From NCBI GenBank assembly GCA_964016885.1, contig OZ024747.1, positions 44,578,001 to 44,642,000 on the forward strand: a DNA stretch of 64,000 nt, read 5' to 3'. This DNA comes from Eledone cirrhosa (lineage: Eukaryota). The notes below the pieces were generated by a model, which worked only from the letters and a program-made list of their open reading frames with translations, was not told the origin of the DNA and made no database searches. Positions 39,555-52,512 of this stretch are shown here, piece after piece; position 1 is the first letter of the stretch; the number at the start of each line of letters is the position of its first letter. The position numbers and the translations under genes are program-made.

Positions 39555-39872
39555 GAGGCACATGGCTTAGTGGTTAGAGCATTGGCCTTGCAATCGAAAG
39601 GTTGTGAGTTCAATTCTCAGACCGGGTGATGTGTTGTTTCCTTGAGCAAGACACTTTATTTCACATTGCTCCAGTTTACTCAGCTGTAGAAATGAGATGA
39701 TAGGGACTGGGGTCCCTATCATTCCACTGCAAAGTGGTCGTGGAGGTGCCACGGCAAAAAGGCACCCATCACTCACTGTAAATGAGGTTGGTGTTAGGAA
39801 GGGCATCCAGCTGTAGAAATCAAGCCAGAATCAGTTCCCGTCCCACCCTTGCAAGCAGGGAAAAGCGGACGT
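39552..39872 (+). mobile_element. CORE-type tRNA SINE (family B head) with an RTE-R1-derived 3' tail
   Basis: Head as at 38683; 3' part GTCGTGGAGGTGCCACGGCAAAAAG...GTTGGTGTTAGGAAGGGCATCCAGCTGTAGAAA matches the reverse complement of the R1 3' UTR at about 33000-33245. Confidence 0.85.
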
Positions 39873-40280
39873 AAAAAAAAAAAAAAAAAAAATGAAATGA
39901 AAAAAAATGAATATATATATACATATATAAACATACATATATATATATATACATATAAATATATACATATATATATACATAGATTTATTTTTGCCGAAAG
40001 TTAAACGGTTAATTTTGAAAATATTTAATTTAACTTTCGGCAAATATAAATCTCCTTCAGCATATTACCCCCCTTTATTCATAAATTCTAGTATCATACA
40101 TCTTAATATATATATAACTGTTACATTGAGCAACGTTTTTCTTACTCGCACTTTCTCTATTGAATTTATTACGTTTTCGCATTTTCACATTATTAGGGTA
40201 TAAATGTTAAATTTTTCTTGGGTTAATCACTAGCTTGATTAAATCTTAACCATTTAACATCTCAGGGTATGTCATGTATC

Positions 40281-40343
40281 ATTATATTTTGTCTGATGAG
40301 GACGTACTGTTGTACATCCGAAATATGTATAATAAAATGTAAT
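40281..40343 (+). ncRNA. Minimal type-I hammerhead ribozyme
   Basis: Stem I ATTATATTTTGT / ATAAAATGTAAT (12 bp including G-U pairs), core CTGATGA (40293-40299), stem II GGACGTAC-TGTT-GTACATCC (1 mismatch), GAAA, short stem III ATA-TG-TAT, NUH = AUA with predicted cleavage after 40331. Confidence 0.75.
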
Positions 40344-40492
40344 TGTTCAAAAGAACATCTATTTTATTAATATTTGTATTTTAATATTAATAACTCTGGA
40401 AAATTATTTTCCAGTAGAGTGCTTCCAATCTACTGTAAATTGACATACTCATTGAATCTTGTTTGACATACTCATTGAATCTTGTTTAACTA

Positions 40493-40535
<43 letters not shown>

Positions 40536-40550
40536 TATACATATATATAC

Positions 40551-40613
<63 letters not shown>

Positions 40614-40635
40614 CATATATATATATACATATATA

Positions 40636-41390
40636 AGGGCCTTGTGTGCAGAGGATCTACGCAGACTGGAGAGGAACGAAGCTAGCATGCTCCGTTGGAT
40701 GTGTAATAGTAATATACGCGAACAGCGAAGCATAAATGAACTAAGAGAGAAATTAGGAATAAGAGGGATCAGATGCTGTATACTCGAGAAAAGACTACAT
40801 TGGTATGGTCACGTGATGCGCATGACAGATGACAGCTGTATAAAAAATGCAGGGCGATCAAAATAGACGGTAGCTACGGAGTAGGCAGACCCAGAAAAAC
40901 CTGGGACGACTTGATAAAATCCGACCACACACACTTACACCTCTCTAAGACAATGTTACTGGACTGAGATCTTTGGCGCTACGTAGTAATATGGAAGATC
41001 CGCCTTGCCTAAGTACAAAGCGAAACCTACAGTCAGTAGGCACCTCTTAACCAAAATACACTCCTGTCGCACTACCCCTACCACCATCTACACCACCCCT
41101 TTCGATGTAAAGCTATGTTGGTACCACAACATCCAGTCCTAAATAAATGAGGTTGTGTAGGTGTCACGACAAAAAAACACACAGTCCACGCTGTAATGTG
41201 GCCGTGTAGGTAACACGGAAAAACCTCCCAGTCCACACTGTAAACGTGGTTGGTGTTAGGAAGGGCATCCAGCCGTAGAAAACCCACCAGACAGTCCTAA
41301 GCAAGACAACCAATCTTGCCTCAAGTGGGACAATTCCCGTCCAGACCCATGCTAGCGTGGAAGATGGACGTTAAACGATGATGATGATAC
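40636..41390 (+). mobile_element. RTE-clade LINE 3' fragment (R1-related) with 3' UTR and (GAT)n tail
   Basis: [16 protein letters not shown]...WYGHVMR; frameshift; tail CCCATGCTAGCGTGGAAGATGGACGTTAAACGATGATG. Confidence 0.88.
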
Positions 41391-41520
41391 ATACATATAT
41401 ATATATATATACATACATATATATATATATACATACATATATATATATATATCTATATATACATATATATATATCTATATATACATATATATATATATAT
41501 ACATACATACATATATATAT

Positions 41521-42666
41521 GATGATGGCTGCCCCCTCGTTATCGAGTATGGCCATTGCACGAGAAAAAAAACCCCATAATAATAACAATAATAATAATA
41601 ATAACAACAAAAATATTAACGACAACAACAACAACAATAATAATATACATATATATATCTACAAACATGCGCACACACATAAACATATCTACACACACAT
41701 ACACGATAGCAATTAACAGCGCTGTGATCGAATGTGGCTTTTTAGTCGCTTGAGCCCTCCTGCTGATTTACATTCTCTACCACATGCTTGGCAAGCATGA
41801 TGAGTAGCATCTCCAACAGCAGCCTGGTAGTCAACCACTGTTCTTATTTTATGACTGCGAAGATGACTTTCGAGTCCAGCTTTGCTTAGGCAGAGTCTCA
41901 CACAGACGCTGCATGTCAGCACCATAGGAGGACCTTCGCCGTCTGGAAAGGCAACAGCAATGCCCTTCCTCACATTCCGCTTTACTTTCTCGTATGCAAT
42001 TCAAGATGCCCCAAAGGCAACTTTCCTCTCATATACAGTCTTTCTCCATTTATTACGATCAGCAGCGACAATTTCCCATGTATCAGCAGAGATGTTAGTG
42101 TCTTTCAAAGAGGCTTTCAAGGAATCCTTATACCTCTTTTTTGGTTTATGTGGCGGTCGTTTTCCTTTAACTAACTCTCCATAAAACAGTTGTTTTGGTA
42201 TTCTAGAATCCTTCATCCTGGCAAGATGACCACTCCAACGGAGTCGTTGGTAAAGCACAAGAGCTTCTATACTGTCACACAGAGAGCTTTCCAAAATATC
42301 GATATCACTTATGTGGTCCCTCCAGTGAACGCCATGGATCCGTCTGAGACACATCTGATGGAAACGCTCCAATTGCTTAAGGTGGTGTCGATATGTGACC
42401 CAGGTCTCACAGGCATAAAGAAGAGAAGAGAGCACACATGCCTTGTACACCTTTACCTTTGTCTTCTTGCATATGTCTCGCCAACCCCAGAGTCGCCTTT
42501 CTAGCTTTCCGAAAGCATCACTTGCTTTCCTAATCTTGAGTAGGATTTCATTATCAAGGTTGCTGTATCGATTGACAGTGCTTCCCAGGTAGACAAACTG
42601 ATCAACCACTCCAAGTCGTTTACCATACACATAGATATTTGGTTCACTGTACTGCTTACCAAGGGC
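41521..42666 (-). mobile_element. 5'-truncated RTE/BovB-type LINE (family R3) with C-terminal C2H2 zinc fingers
   Basis: QFVYLGS, LLYACETW, RLRWSGH, PKQLFYGEL; after a frameshift CSVCVRLCLSKAGLESHLRSH and CQACGRECKSAGGLKR; 3' stem-loop CTCG-ATAA-CGAG at about 41535. Confidence 0.88.
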
Positions 42667-42752
42667 ATATATATATCTATACATATATATATACATATAT
42701 ATATACATACATATATATATACATACATATATATATATATATATACATACAT

Positions 42753-43680
42753 ATATAAATCTCTCACCAAGAGAAATCGGAAGATCCTATTCAATGTTCA
42801 AACAAAATGAAAAAATTGTCCAATTTACAGAAAAAGTTGTGCATGGATACTTGAAACGTAAAACACAGACCATAGAGGGGATAAACCACTCAAAAAGCCT
42901 GGCATGGAGTTCCGACAAGTTTATGACATCACACCTTGAGGGATATCTCTATGCAATACAGGAACAAGAACTCCCTACCAAATAACTGCTGCACAAAAGG
43001 GGAGGGCCAGCAGCTGACAATAAATGTAGGCGATGTAAAACAAAGATCGAGGATGTAAGCCACATTGTTGCCAGCTGCAAAAGAATGTCATCTCGCTACT
43101 ACCTCCCCATGAGACACGATAGGATAGCTAGAACCATCTGGAACGCACTTCGGAAAACAAAATTAACAACAAACGAGGAAGAATATATTGAGACAGATGG
43201 CACTAAGGAATACTGGTGGAACCTGAAAATAAAAACTGCCACCAAATTAAAGCACAACCGGCCTGATATTGTTATTTGGGACCACACATTGAAAACGTGT
43301 TCTGTTGTGGAGATCAGCTGCCCACTTGATGTAAACATTGTCAGAAAAATACAGGAGAAGGAGGACATCTACGGACCATTGATGAGGAGTTTACAAATCC
43401 AGTATCCAAGAATCACCTTTAGCTTCATACCCATCATTATTGGAGCTACAGGTTATATACCAACCCGCTTGGACCAAAGTATGACTGAACTTGGATTTGC
43501 GGACAAAAAGCGCAGCTCCCTAATTCATAGTCTACAAATGACTGCGATAGCTGGCACCTTCAAAATTTGCAAAACATTCTTGTGATTCAAGGGATGACAA
43601 TTTCTTTTCTTTTACAACCTTGCAACCAGGAAAGTGGCCGGTCAAAAAAATATACTCGAAATTAAGAGAAAGAGATAACA
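42753..43680 (+). mobile_element. 5'-truncated R4/Dong-type retrotransposon copy (CCHC + restriction-like endonuclease)
   Basis: Near-identical to 47508-48435; RHD and RPDIVIWD..VVEISCP motifs; carries its own in-frame stops. Confidence 0.92.
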
Positions 43681-43707
43681 TATATATACATACATATATA
43701 TATACAT

Positions 43708-44181
43708 GGTGGTGGCTGCCAACTTGTTTTCGAGTACGGCCACTACTTTATATCCATGTAGGAGAACCCCTACCGATGCGCTGAACGAGTGTGACTTTTT
43801 AGTCCAGCCAGCGACTTGAAAACTCTGGTACAAGCACTACACTTGTGACAATTATTGACACATAGTGCTGGGCCCATGGTACCATGTAACGTCAAGTGCA
43901 GAGAGATCTCCAGATATAAAGCAATGCCTGTGCCGTGAAGCTTTTATAGTGAGCAAAGGCACTGCACAAAGCCAGTCCCACTCTCTTAACCAAGATGATA
44001 TTTACCAAAAAGAAGAACAAGTCAACATCATTGGATACCATCAGGGTTGCAGGTGTTATATCAGAGTTTTCCTTCTCCTAGAATTCTGCCTTGACAAAGG
44101 CTAAGGGGTCATCTCTCCCGGTGATTTTGGATGGCCATTGACTCTTAAGAGCTCCTTTGCCCTTTGACAAGTTTTGTTTTT
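43708..44181 (-). mobile_element. Truncated copy of the RTE-derived non-autonomous element
   Basis: Near-identical to 49676-50146. Confidence 0.8.
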
Positions 44182-44202
44182 ACATACATACATACATACA
44201 TA

Positions 44203-47200
44203 TAGCGACATAAAATGGCGACCGTTGTGGTCAGTGTCCGATAATCGGACGTGTGTAATTACGGCTTACATGAAGGCAACATACCATATATTGGAAAAAG
44301 TTGAGCTACATTACGCGGTAAGATTACATACAATAATTCTACATAAGTGTCTGAACTGTAAGTGTGTTGTAAAACACCTATTTATATGAACGATACATAC
44401 ACTTATGATATATGAACGATACATACACTTTAACATATAAATGCAACGTTGTTATATTACATTTATAAAGAAATATACAAGTAACGTTTTCGATTCAGAA
44501 ACAAAAATATAAGTGTTTTAACTGTGAATATGTTGTGAATAGGTTGTAGAACACCTATTTATATGAATGATACATAAACTTTAACATATAAATACAGCGT
44601 TGTTATATTATATTACATTCATAAAGGAATATACTAAGTAACGGTTCTTTTTGTTCTCGATTCAAACGATTCAAGAGCAACGTTTAAAACACAGTTGTAG
44701 AATTAAAAACTAACTGAAAAGAAATATTACTCAAGCTGTGAATAACTTTAAATTTGATTCTGACAGAACTTTGTCGTAACTTTTAAAGAAGATCATCGAC
44801 TATTTTGAAAAATAAATACGAAATATTAGTGAATAGACGAACTCATCATGGCAAAAAGTACAAGTCTCCTTCGACCAAATCGCAATTACAACCGTTGTAC
44901 ACAGTGGAGCTACGAGCTTAAAGTATTATATGAAGCATACAAACAATCTGAACCCCAAAAGTTCGGTTTTATGCAAAGGCTAAAAACTTTATGGAACTCC
45001 AAACACCCAGAATTAGACTTTTCTCCAAAGCATTTAAACGAACAGGCAAAACGTATCATTAGATGTAAATTGATACATCTAACGGAATCGAGTGATACTA
45101 CAAATACAGCCCTTGTAGACAACCACCCACCTCCACTGACAGACAAAGAGAATGGCCAGCTAAATCTAACAGTGAACAGCTCACCAACAATTTTGCTGAA
45201 ATCCATCCCACTTCCACTGAAGAACAGCGAGAAGGTCAGCTGACTCTAGTAGTAATTGTCACCACATCAACAACGAGGCTGAAATTCATGACTCTACTGA
45301 ACAAACAGAGCACCAAAAACTTGTGGGCTCCCTACAAGTGATATGGAACGATATGTTTCAAGAGATACACAGCCTTAATGTGAGTGACAGACCATACAAC
45401 ACTAGAGTCAGTAAAGAACCCACTAAATTGGAATTGGAAGCGGTGAACGAAATAGCTGGCAATTATCTGAAGGCTATACGATCTAAAGGTGTAGAAACGA
45501 CATTTGAAACGCTTAATGTTTTGTTATATGTTTCAGCTGTCACATTGCTATCATATAACACACATCTAAAACCACGCAATCAAGATACAAACAGAAAGCC
45601 TGAACCAGCGTGGATGCGAAATTTAAAAACCAAAATTTTGTCCCTGAGACGAAGTATCTCACACATCGCAGTCGTTATGAAATGCAACATAGAGAGCAAC
45701 TTCACACAACACCAGGAAGACCTAAAGAAAAAGTTAGAGAGAAGATTTGGAGATACAAAATTTAAAACTTTGAACTCCAAATTACACCAGTTGAAACAAC
45801 AACTCACAGCTACAACAGAAAGACTAAAATATAAGTCAACAGCACATAAACGACAAGTACTAAATAGATTGTTTGCCAGAGATCCTAAATCAGTTTATCG
45901 CAGCTTCGGTGGCAAAAGCTCAATCTCTGTAAATGACACCCCTTCAAAAGAACAGGTTGAGAGCTACTGGAGATCTGTATGGGAAACGGATGACGGATTC
46001 AACAGACAAGCTAATTGGCTAAAAGAACTGGAACAGGACTACTGCCAACATGTCCAGACAAAACAATATGACATAGATGGGTCAATACTGGAAACAGCTC
46101 TACAGAAAATGTTGAATAGGAAATCGCCAGGCCCAGACCTCATTACAGGATACTGGTTGAAGAATTTCACTTTCTATCGGCAAGATCTCATACGGCTGTT
46201 TACAGAAACCATTAAGGGCACACAAGAACTGCCCAGATGGTTATCAACTGCCTCTACTCTCCTCATTCCCAAAAATAGCCAAACCACCCTTGCTAAAAAT
46301 TACCGCCCAATTGCCTGCCAAAACATCATGTATAAATTATATACTGGGTGCCTTAACCTGTTCTTACAGGATCACTGTGCTACCAACAACATCATAACAC
46401 CTGAGCAAGCTGGTGGAAAGAGGGAGGTGTGGGGTTGCATAGATCACCTACTAACTAACAAAATGATTCAGGGAAAAACAACAAAGAATCGCAGAAACAT
46501 GACTGTCGTGTGGCTGGACTATCAAAAAGCATTTGATAGTGTACCTCATGGGTGGATTGTTAAGGCTTTACAGTTAGCTAAAGTCCCACAACCATTGGTA
46601 GCTGCTGTTGAACGCCTGGCCAAGGACTGGTACACCAGTTTGATCCTTAGAGGTGAGAAGGAGCAGGTTAAGACTGATAAGATACATTACCAGAAGGGCA
46701 TCTTTCAGGGTGATAGCTTGTCAGTGCTACTCTTCGTTCTCTCACTGAATCCACTATCTTACCTACTCAGGAAACAAGGTGGACAAAGAAGTGGGACCAG
46801 AAGTATCTCCCATCTTTTCTTTGTTGATGACCTGAAGTTGTATGGGCCAAATATCAATGACATCAAGAAACAATTGGACCTCATTACACAATTTTCAACC
46901 GACATCAAAATGAAATTTGGTGAGTCCAAGTGTGCATATTTGGCAGTAAAACGTGGAAGAGCTGTGCCCTCCTCTAGAAATCTAGAGATGAACGGCCTGA
47001 CAATACAACCTCTGCAGTCAGGTGACAACTACAGATATCTTGGACAGGATGAGAATGTCAGATATGATGGACCCATAAATAAGGAGAGAACCAGAACTGA
47101 ATACCTCAGAAGAGTAAAGAAAATATGGTCATCAGAACTGTCAGCATACAACAAATACATTGCCCACAATACTTATGCTGTGCCAATTCTAACGCCAGCA

Positions 47201-48435
47201 TTTGGCCTACTGAACTGGTCATTGCAAGAACTAAGTGAGATGGATGTTAGAACTCGAAAACTTCTCAGTGTTACTGGGAACTTTAACATCAATGGTGATG
47301 TGGATAGGCTATACTTCTCACGCAAGGAAGGTGGCCGGGGTCTAAAATCAATATTAACAACATATGAGACCCGGATAGTGACACTGAAGCAACACCTTCA
47401 ACAGAGGAAAAAGGTTGGCAACCATCTTGCCCAGGTTTATGACCATGAAAAAAGAAATATCATTAGAATAGCGACTGATCTGGAGGAGAGATATGGAATA
47501 AAGCCTGATATAAATCTCTCACCCAGAGAAATCGGAAGATCCTATTCAATGTTCAAACAAGATAGAAAAATTGACCAATTTACAGAAAAAGTTGTGCATG
47601 GATACTTGAGGCGTAAAACACAGACCATAGAGGGGATAAACCACTCAAAAAGCCTGGCATGGAGTTCCGACAAGTTTATGACATCACACCTTGAGGGATA
47701 TCTCTATGCAATACAGGAACAAGAACTCCCTACCAAATATCTGTTGCACAAAAGAGGAGGGCCAGCAGCTGACAATAAATGTAGGCTATGTTAAACAAAG
47801 ATCGAGGATGTAAGCCACATTGTTGCCAGCTGCGAAAGAATGTCATCTCGCTACTACCTCCCCATGAGACACGATGGGATAGCTAGAACCATCTGGAACG
47901 CACTTCGGAAAACAAAATTAACAACAAACGAGGAAGAATATATTGAGACAGATGGCACTAAGGAATACTGGTGGAACCTGAAAATAAAAACTGCCACCAA
48001 ATTAAAGCACAACCGGCCTGATATTTTAGTTTGGGACCACACATTGAAAACGTGTTCTGTTGTGGAGATCAGCTGCCCACTTGTGGTAAACGTTGTCAGA
48101 AAAATACAGGAGAAGGAGGACATCTACGGACCATTGATGAGGAGTTTACAAATCCAGTATCCAAGATACACCTTTAGCTTCATACCCATCATTATTGGTG
48201 CTACGGGTTATATACCAACCCGCTTGGACCAAAGTATGACTGAACTTGGATTTGTGGACAAAAAGCGCAGCTCCCTAATTCATAGTCTACAAATGGCTGC
48301 GATAGCTGGCACCTTCAAAATTTGCAAAACATTCTTGCGATTCAAGGGATGACAATTTCTTTTCTTTTACAACCTTGCCACCAGGAAGGTGGCCGGTCAA
48401 AAAAATATACTCGAAATTAAGAGAAAGAGAAAACA
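44203..48435 (+). mobile_element. Near-full-length R4/Dong-clade RLE non-LTR retrotransposon (about 4.2 kb)
   Basis: About 640-bp 5' UTR with an internal ~165-bp duplication; single-ORF architecture of N-terminal domain, RT, CCHC and PD-(D/E)xK endonuclease; short 3' UTR; flanked by (TA)/(TACA) repeats. Confidence 0.9.
44848..48352 (+). pseudogene. R4/Dong-type polyprotein (RT + CCHC zinc knuckle + restriction-like endonuclease), disrupted by one frameshift and one nonsense codon
   Basis: ORFs 44848-45243, 45323-47794 and 47840-48352; motifs YRPIAC, DYQKAFDSVPH, GIFQGDSLS, HLFFVDDLKLY, YRYLG, R.EGGRGL, CRLC*..SHIVASC, RHD, RPDILVWD..EISCP. The stop at 47792-47794 reads AAA in the sister copy. 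Confidence 0.9.
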
Positions 48436-48708
48436 TACATATACATACATATATATACATACACATACATATATACATATATATATACATACATACATAT
48501 ATATATCTACATACATACACATACATACATATACATACATACACACATACATATATATACATATACATACATACATACATATATATACATACACACATAC
48601 ATATATATACATATACATACATACATACATATATATATATACATACATATATATATATATATACATACATATATATATATATATATACATACATATATAT
48701 ATATATAC

Positions 48709-48739
<31 letters not shown>

Positions 48740-48766
48740 GATATATACATACATATATATATATAA

Positions 48767-48809
<43 letters not shown>

Positions 48810-49180
48810 CATATATATATATATAAAAACATACATACATATATATATACATACATACATACATATATATATACATACATACATACATATATATATATAT
48901 ACATACATACATATATATATATATATACATACATATATATATATACATACATATATATATATATACATACATATATATATATATACAAACATATATATAT
49001 ATATACATACATATATATATATACATACATACATATATATATACATACATACATATATATATATATACATACATACATATATATATACATACATACATAT
49101 ATATATACATACATACATATATACATACATACATACATATATATATACATACATACATATATATATACATACATACACAT

Positions 49181-49211
<31 letters not shown>

Positions 49212-49402
49212 CATACATACATATATACATACATATATATATATATATATACATACATACATATATACATACATATATATATATATATATACATACATAC
49301 ATATATACATACATATATATATATACATACATACATATATATATATACATATATATATATACATACATATATATATATACATACATATATATATATATAT
49401 AC

Positions 49403-49436
<34 letters not shown>

Positions 49437-49675
49437 ATACATACATACATATATATATATACATACATATATATATATACATACATATATATATACATAC
49501 ATATATATATATATATATATACATACATATATATATACATACATACATATATACATACATACATATATACATACACCCCTGATCCTCTCCCTAGTATACA
49601 TACACATATATACATATACATATATATACATACATACATACACACATACATATATATATACATACATACATATAT
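48436..49675. repeat. About 1.24-kb (TACA)/(TA) compound microsatellite
   Basis: Directly visible. Confidence 0.95.
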
Positions 49676-50281
49676 GGTGGCTGCCAACTCGTTTTCGAGT
49701 ACGGCCACTACTTTATATCCATGTAGGAGAACCCCTACCGATGCGCTGAACGAGTGTGACTTTTTAGTCCAGCCAGCGACTTGAACACTCTGGTACAAAC
49801 ACTACACCTGTGATAATTATTGACATATAGTGCTGGGCCCATGGTACCATGTAACGACAAGTGCAGAGAGATCTCCAGATATAAAGCAATGCCTGTGCCG
49901 TGAAGCTTTTATAGTGAGCAAAGGCACTGCACAAAGCCAGTCCCACTCTCTTAACCAAGATGATATTTACCAAAAAGAAGAACAAGTCAACATCATTGGA
50001 TACCATCAGGGTTGCAGGTGTTATATCAGAGTTTTCCTTCTCCTAGAATTCTGCCTTGACAAAGGCTAAGGGGTCATCTCTCCCGGTGATTTTGGATGGC
50101 CATTGACTCTTAAGAGCTCTTTGCCCTTTGACAAGTTTTGTTTTTAGTCCTGCAGGATGTCCAAAGTCACCCTCCTCGCCAAGAAACCTTGGTGGGGTTG
50201 CCAGTTTAGTCGCCAACGACCCGACCATGGGACAGGTTGTACTGGGGTACATGTTACCAGTAGCACCAACTGGTGACCTGA
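49676..50281 (-). mobile_element. About 600-bp non-autonomous RTE-derived retroelement (RTE-like 5' part joined to a BovB-type 3' end)
   Basis: Minus strand ends with the peptide [23 protein letters not shown] (C2H2) and tail GGCCGTACTCGAAAACGAGTTGGCAGCCACC, similar to the R3 tail at 41521; contains CTAGGAGAAGGAAAACTCTGA, which I recall from RTE 5' UTRs; no RT. Confidence 0.7.
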
Positions 50282-50512
50282 CACACATACATATATACAT
50301 ACATATCAGTCAGTTTTTTCGTTTCTACAGATCACGCGGCTGAACTAGCGGTCGCTATTTTCAATTTGCAAAGCCCTTTAAACTGTATGTTATTACTCTG
50401 AGGTCTATTCCTTGTCGAGTGCTTGGCTGCACTTCTGATTGCATTCGTCGGCCTGGCTGCTGATTGAACTTTGAATATGCTGTACTATTGTATATATATA
50501 TATATTATATAT

Positions 50513-50594
<82 letters not shown>

Positions 50595-50999
50595 GAAGAA
50601 CAAGTGTTTGAAACTAAAGTATTTGTATATATTAATCAAAACCACAAAACCACCAGCATCAGGATTTTCTCTATGTTGAAGAAACATCCTACTGGTTGTA
50701 ATATAGTAATGACTCATTTAAACATGAACTCCTAGCTTTATAATGAGCCCAGACATAATTAACAACAAAACATTGCAAATAGAAGAATTTGCGGATATGT
50801 AAATACACACCAATAATAAATGTGAAAAAGAAAAATCTTAAAACAAGAATGTTTATTTATTTAAATGAAACAATAATGTTAATATTTATATATTTGTGCT
50901 TCATAAAAATATTGAAAGATAATTAAAATAATTCATAATGAAACAATTATTGAAAGAAACTTAACAAAGATGTAATGAGCAAAATGAATCTTATAGATA

Positions 51000-51381
51000 C
51001 ACACAGACATGCACACATACATATGTACATATACACACACACATACATACGTACATACATACATACATACGTACGTACGTACGTACGTACATACATACAT
51101 ACATACATACATACATACATACATACATACATACATACATACATACATACATGTAGAAATGTATATTATATATGAAAAAGCATTAAAATGAATTTTTGAA
51201 AATAAAATGTTTCATTAATACAAAATGAAATATTGCAATATATGCACGCCCCTTTCTTATCAACCTTTCTATATGGCTGTTGTGTGGGGGAGGGGAGGGG
51301 TGGGGGTGGGGTGCACATGCATGTATATATGTACATGCATTAGAATCTAATGTATGTATATATACATACATACATACATAC

Positions 51382-51418
<37 letters not shown>

Positions 51419-51540
51419 CATATTATACATGCATTCATACATACATACGCACACATATATATGCACACACACACTGACACACTGACACACACACATACAC
51501 CCATACATACATATGTGTGTACAAATATATACATATTGCA
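51000..51540. repeat. (TACA)/(CA)/(TA) microsatellite mosaic
   Basis: Directly visible. Confidence 0.9.
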
Positions 51541-52512
51541 AAAAACAGTTTATAAAATCTATTTCATAAAGAAAGGGAAGTCAAGTAATAAATATTTATT
51601 TATTATTATGAAGAGTTGATGAAATGGAGAAGAGATAGTGAGAGTTAATTAAAATGGAGAACTAATCATGTAAATAATTCAGCAGTGAATATAACATAAT
51701 TGGAGTATTTAATTTAAGAAACCTCAGCTACAGAAAAGGACAAATTTGCAATCAAAAGAGAAATTCTTAAACAAACTTATATTATTTCCCCATTCAAACA
51801 ATTATTGAAATTAAGAGAAGTAGATTACAATTTATTAAGATTTTTTCCTATTCATAGAAACTTGAATAGACTTCTAAAATATATTTTCCAATTTGAAAAT
51901 CTTTTTTTTTTTGTACAAATTTTAAGCAAATATTAAGTTGAAGAAATGTTTACTATTGTATTTTTGTTTTTGTTTTGTTTTTTGGAAAAAGTAGTTTATG
52001 AATAAATCAGTATTAATTGACTGATAAAAAAGCAATTGTTTTAAAAAATTGTTTTCATTATGATAAATAGATATCATTATATCAGTTTTGTTGTTTTTGT
52101 ATTTTAAAATAGTTTTAAAAAAAAGTTTAATCAGTTATACTACATATCTTAAAATATTCAAATCTTTCATTTTCTCCCCTTCTCCATCTTTTCATATTTG
52201 CTTTATAATTTTTTTGCTTGTGTCTAAAGATATATTTCATTGCATTTAAAAAGCAATTATACTCTAGAATAACATTATTTTACTAAATGAAAAAAACATT
52301 GTCCACAAAATGTATTGTGATTTCAGATACATTCTTTTCTTTCTAACCTCCACAGAGCCAGTTTTGAAATTAGGACAAAATATTATTTGAATTATTCAAC
52401 ACAAATGTATTACTGGTAATTTGCTTTATCAATGTTGGTCATAAAAAAAAATGTTTAAGTCAACTCTCACAAGATTTGGAAACTGAATAGAGATAGACAA
52501 AAACTCATCATT

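Noticed and set aside
50100-50281. HDV-like or twister ribozyme at the 5' end of the RTE-derived element
   Set aside because: Helices exist, but I could not thread P1/P2/P3/P1.1 or the twister consensus consistently; left as an untested possibility.
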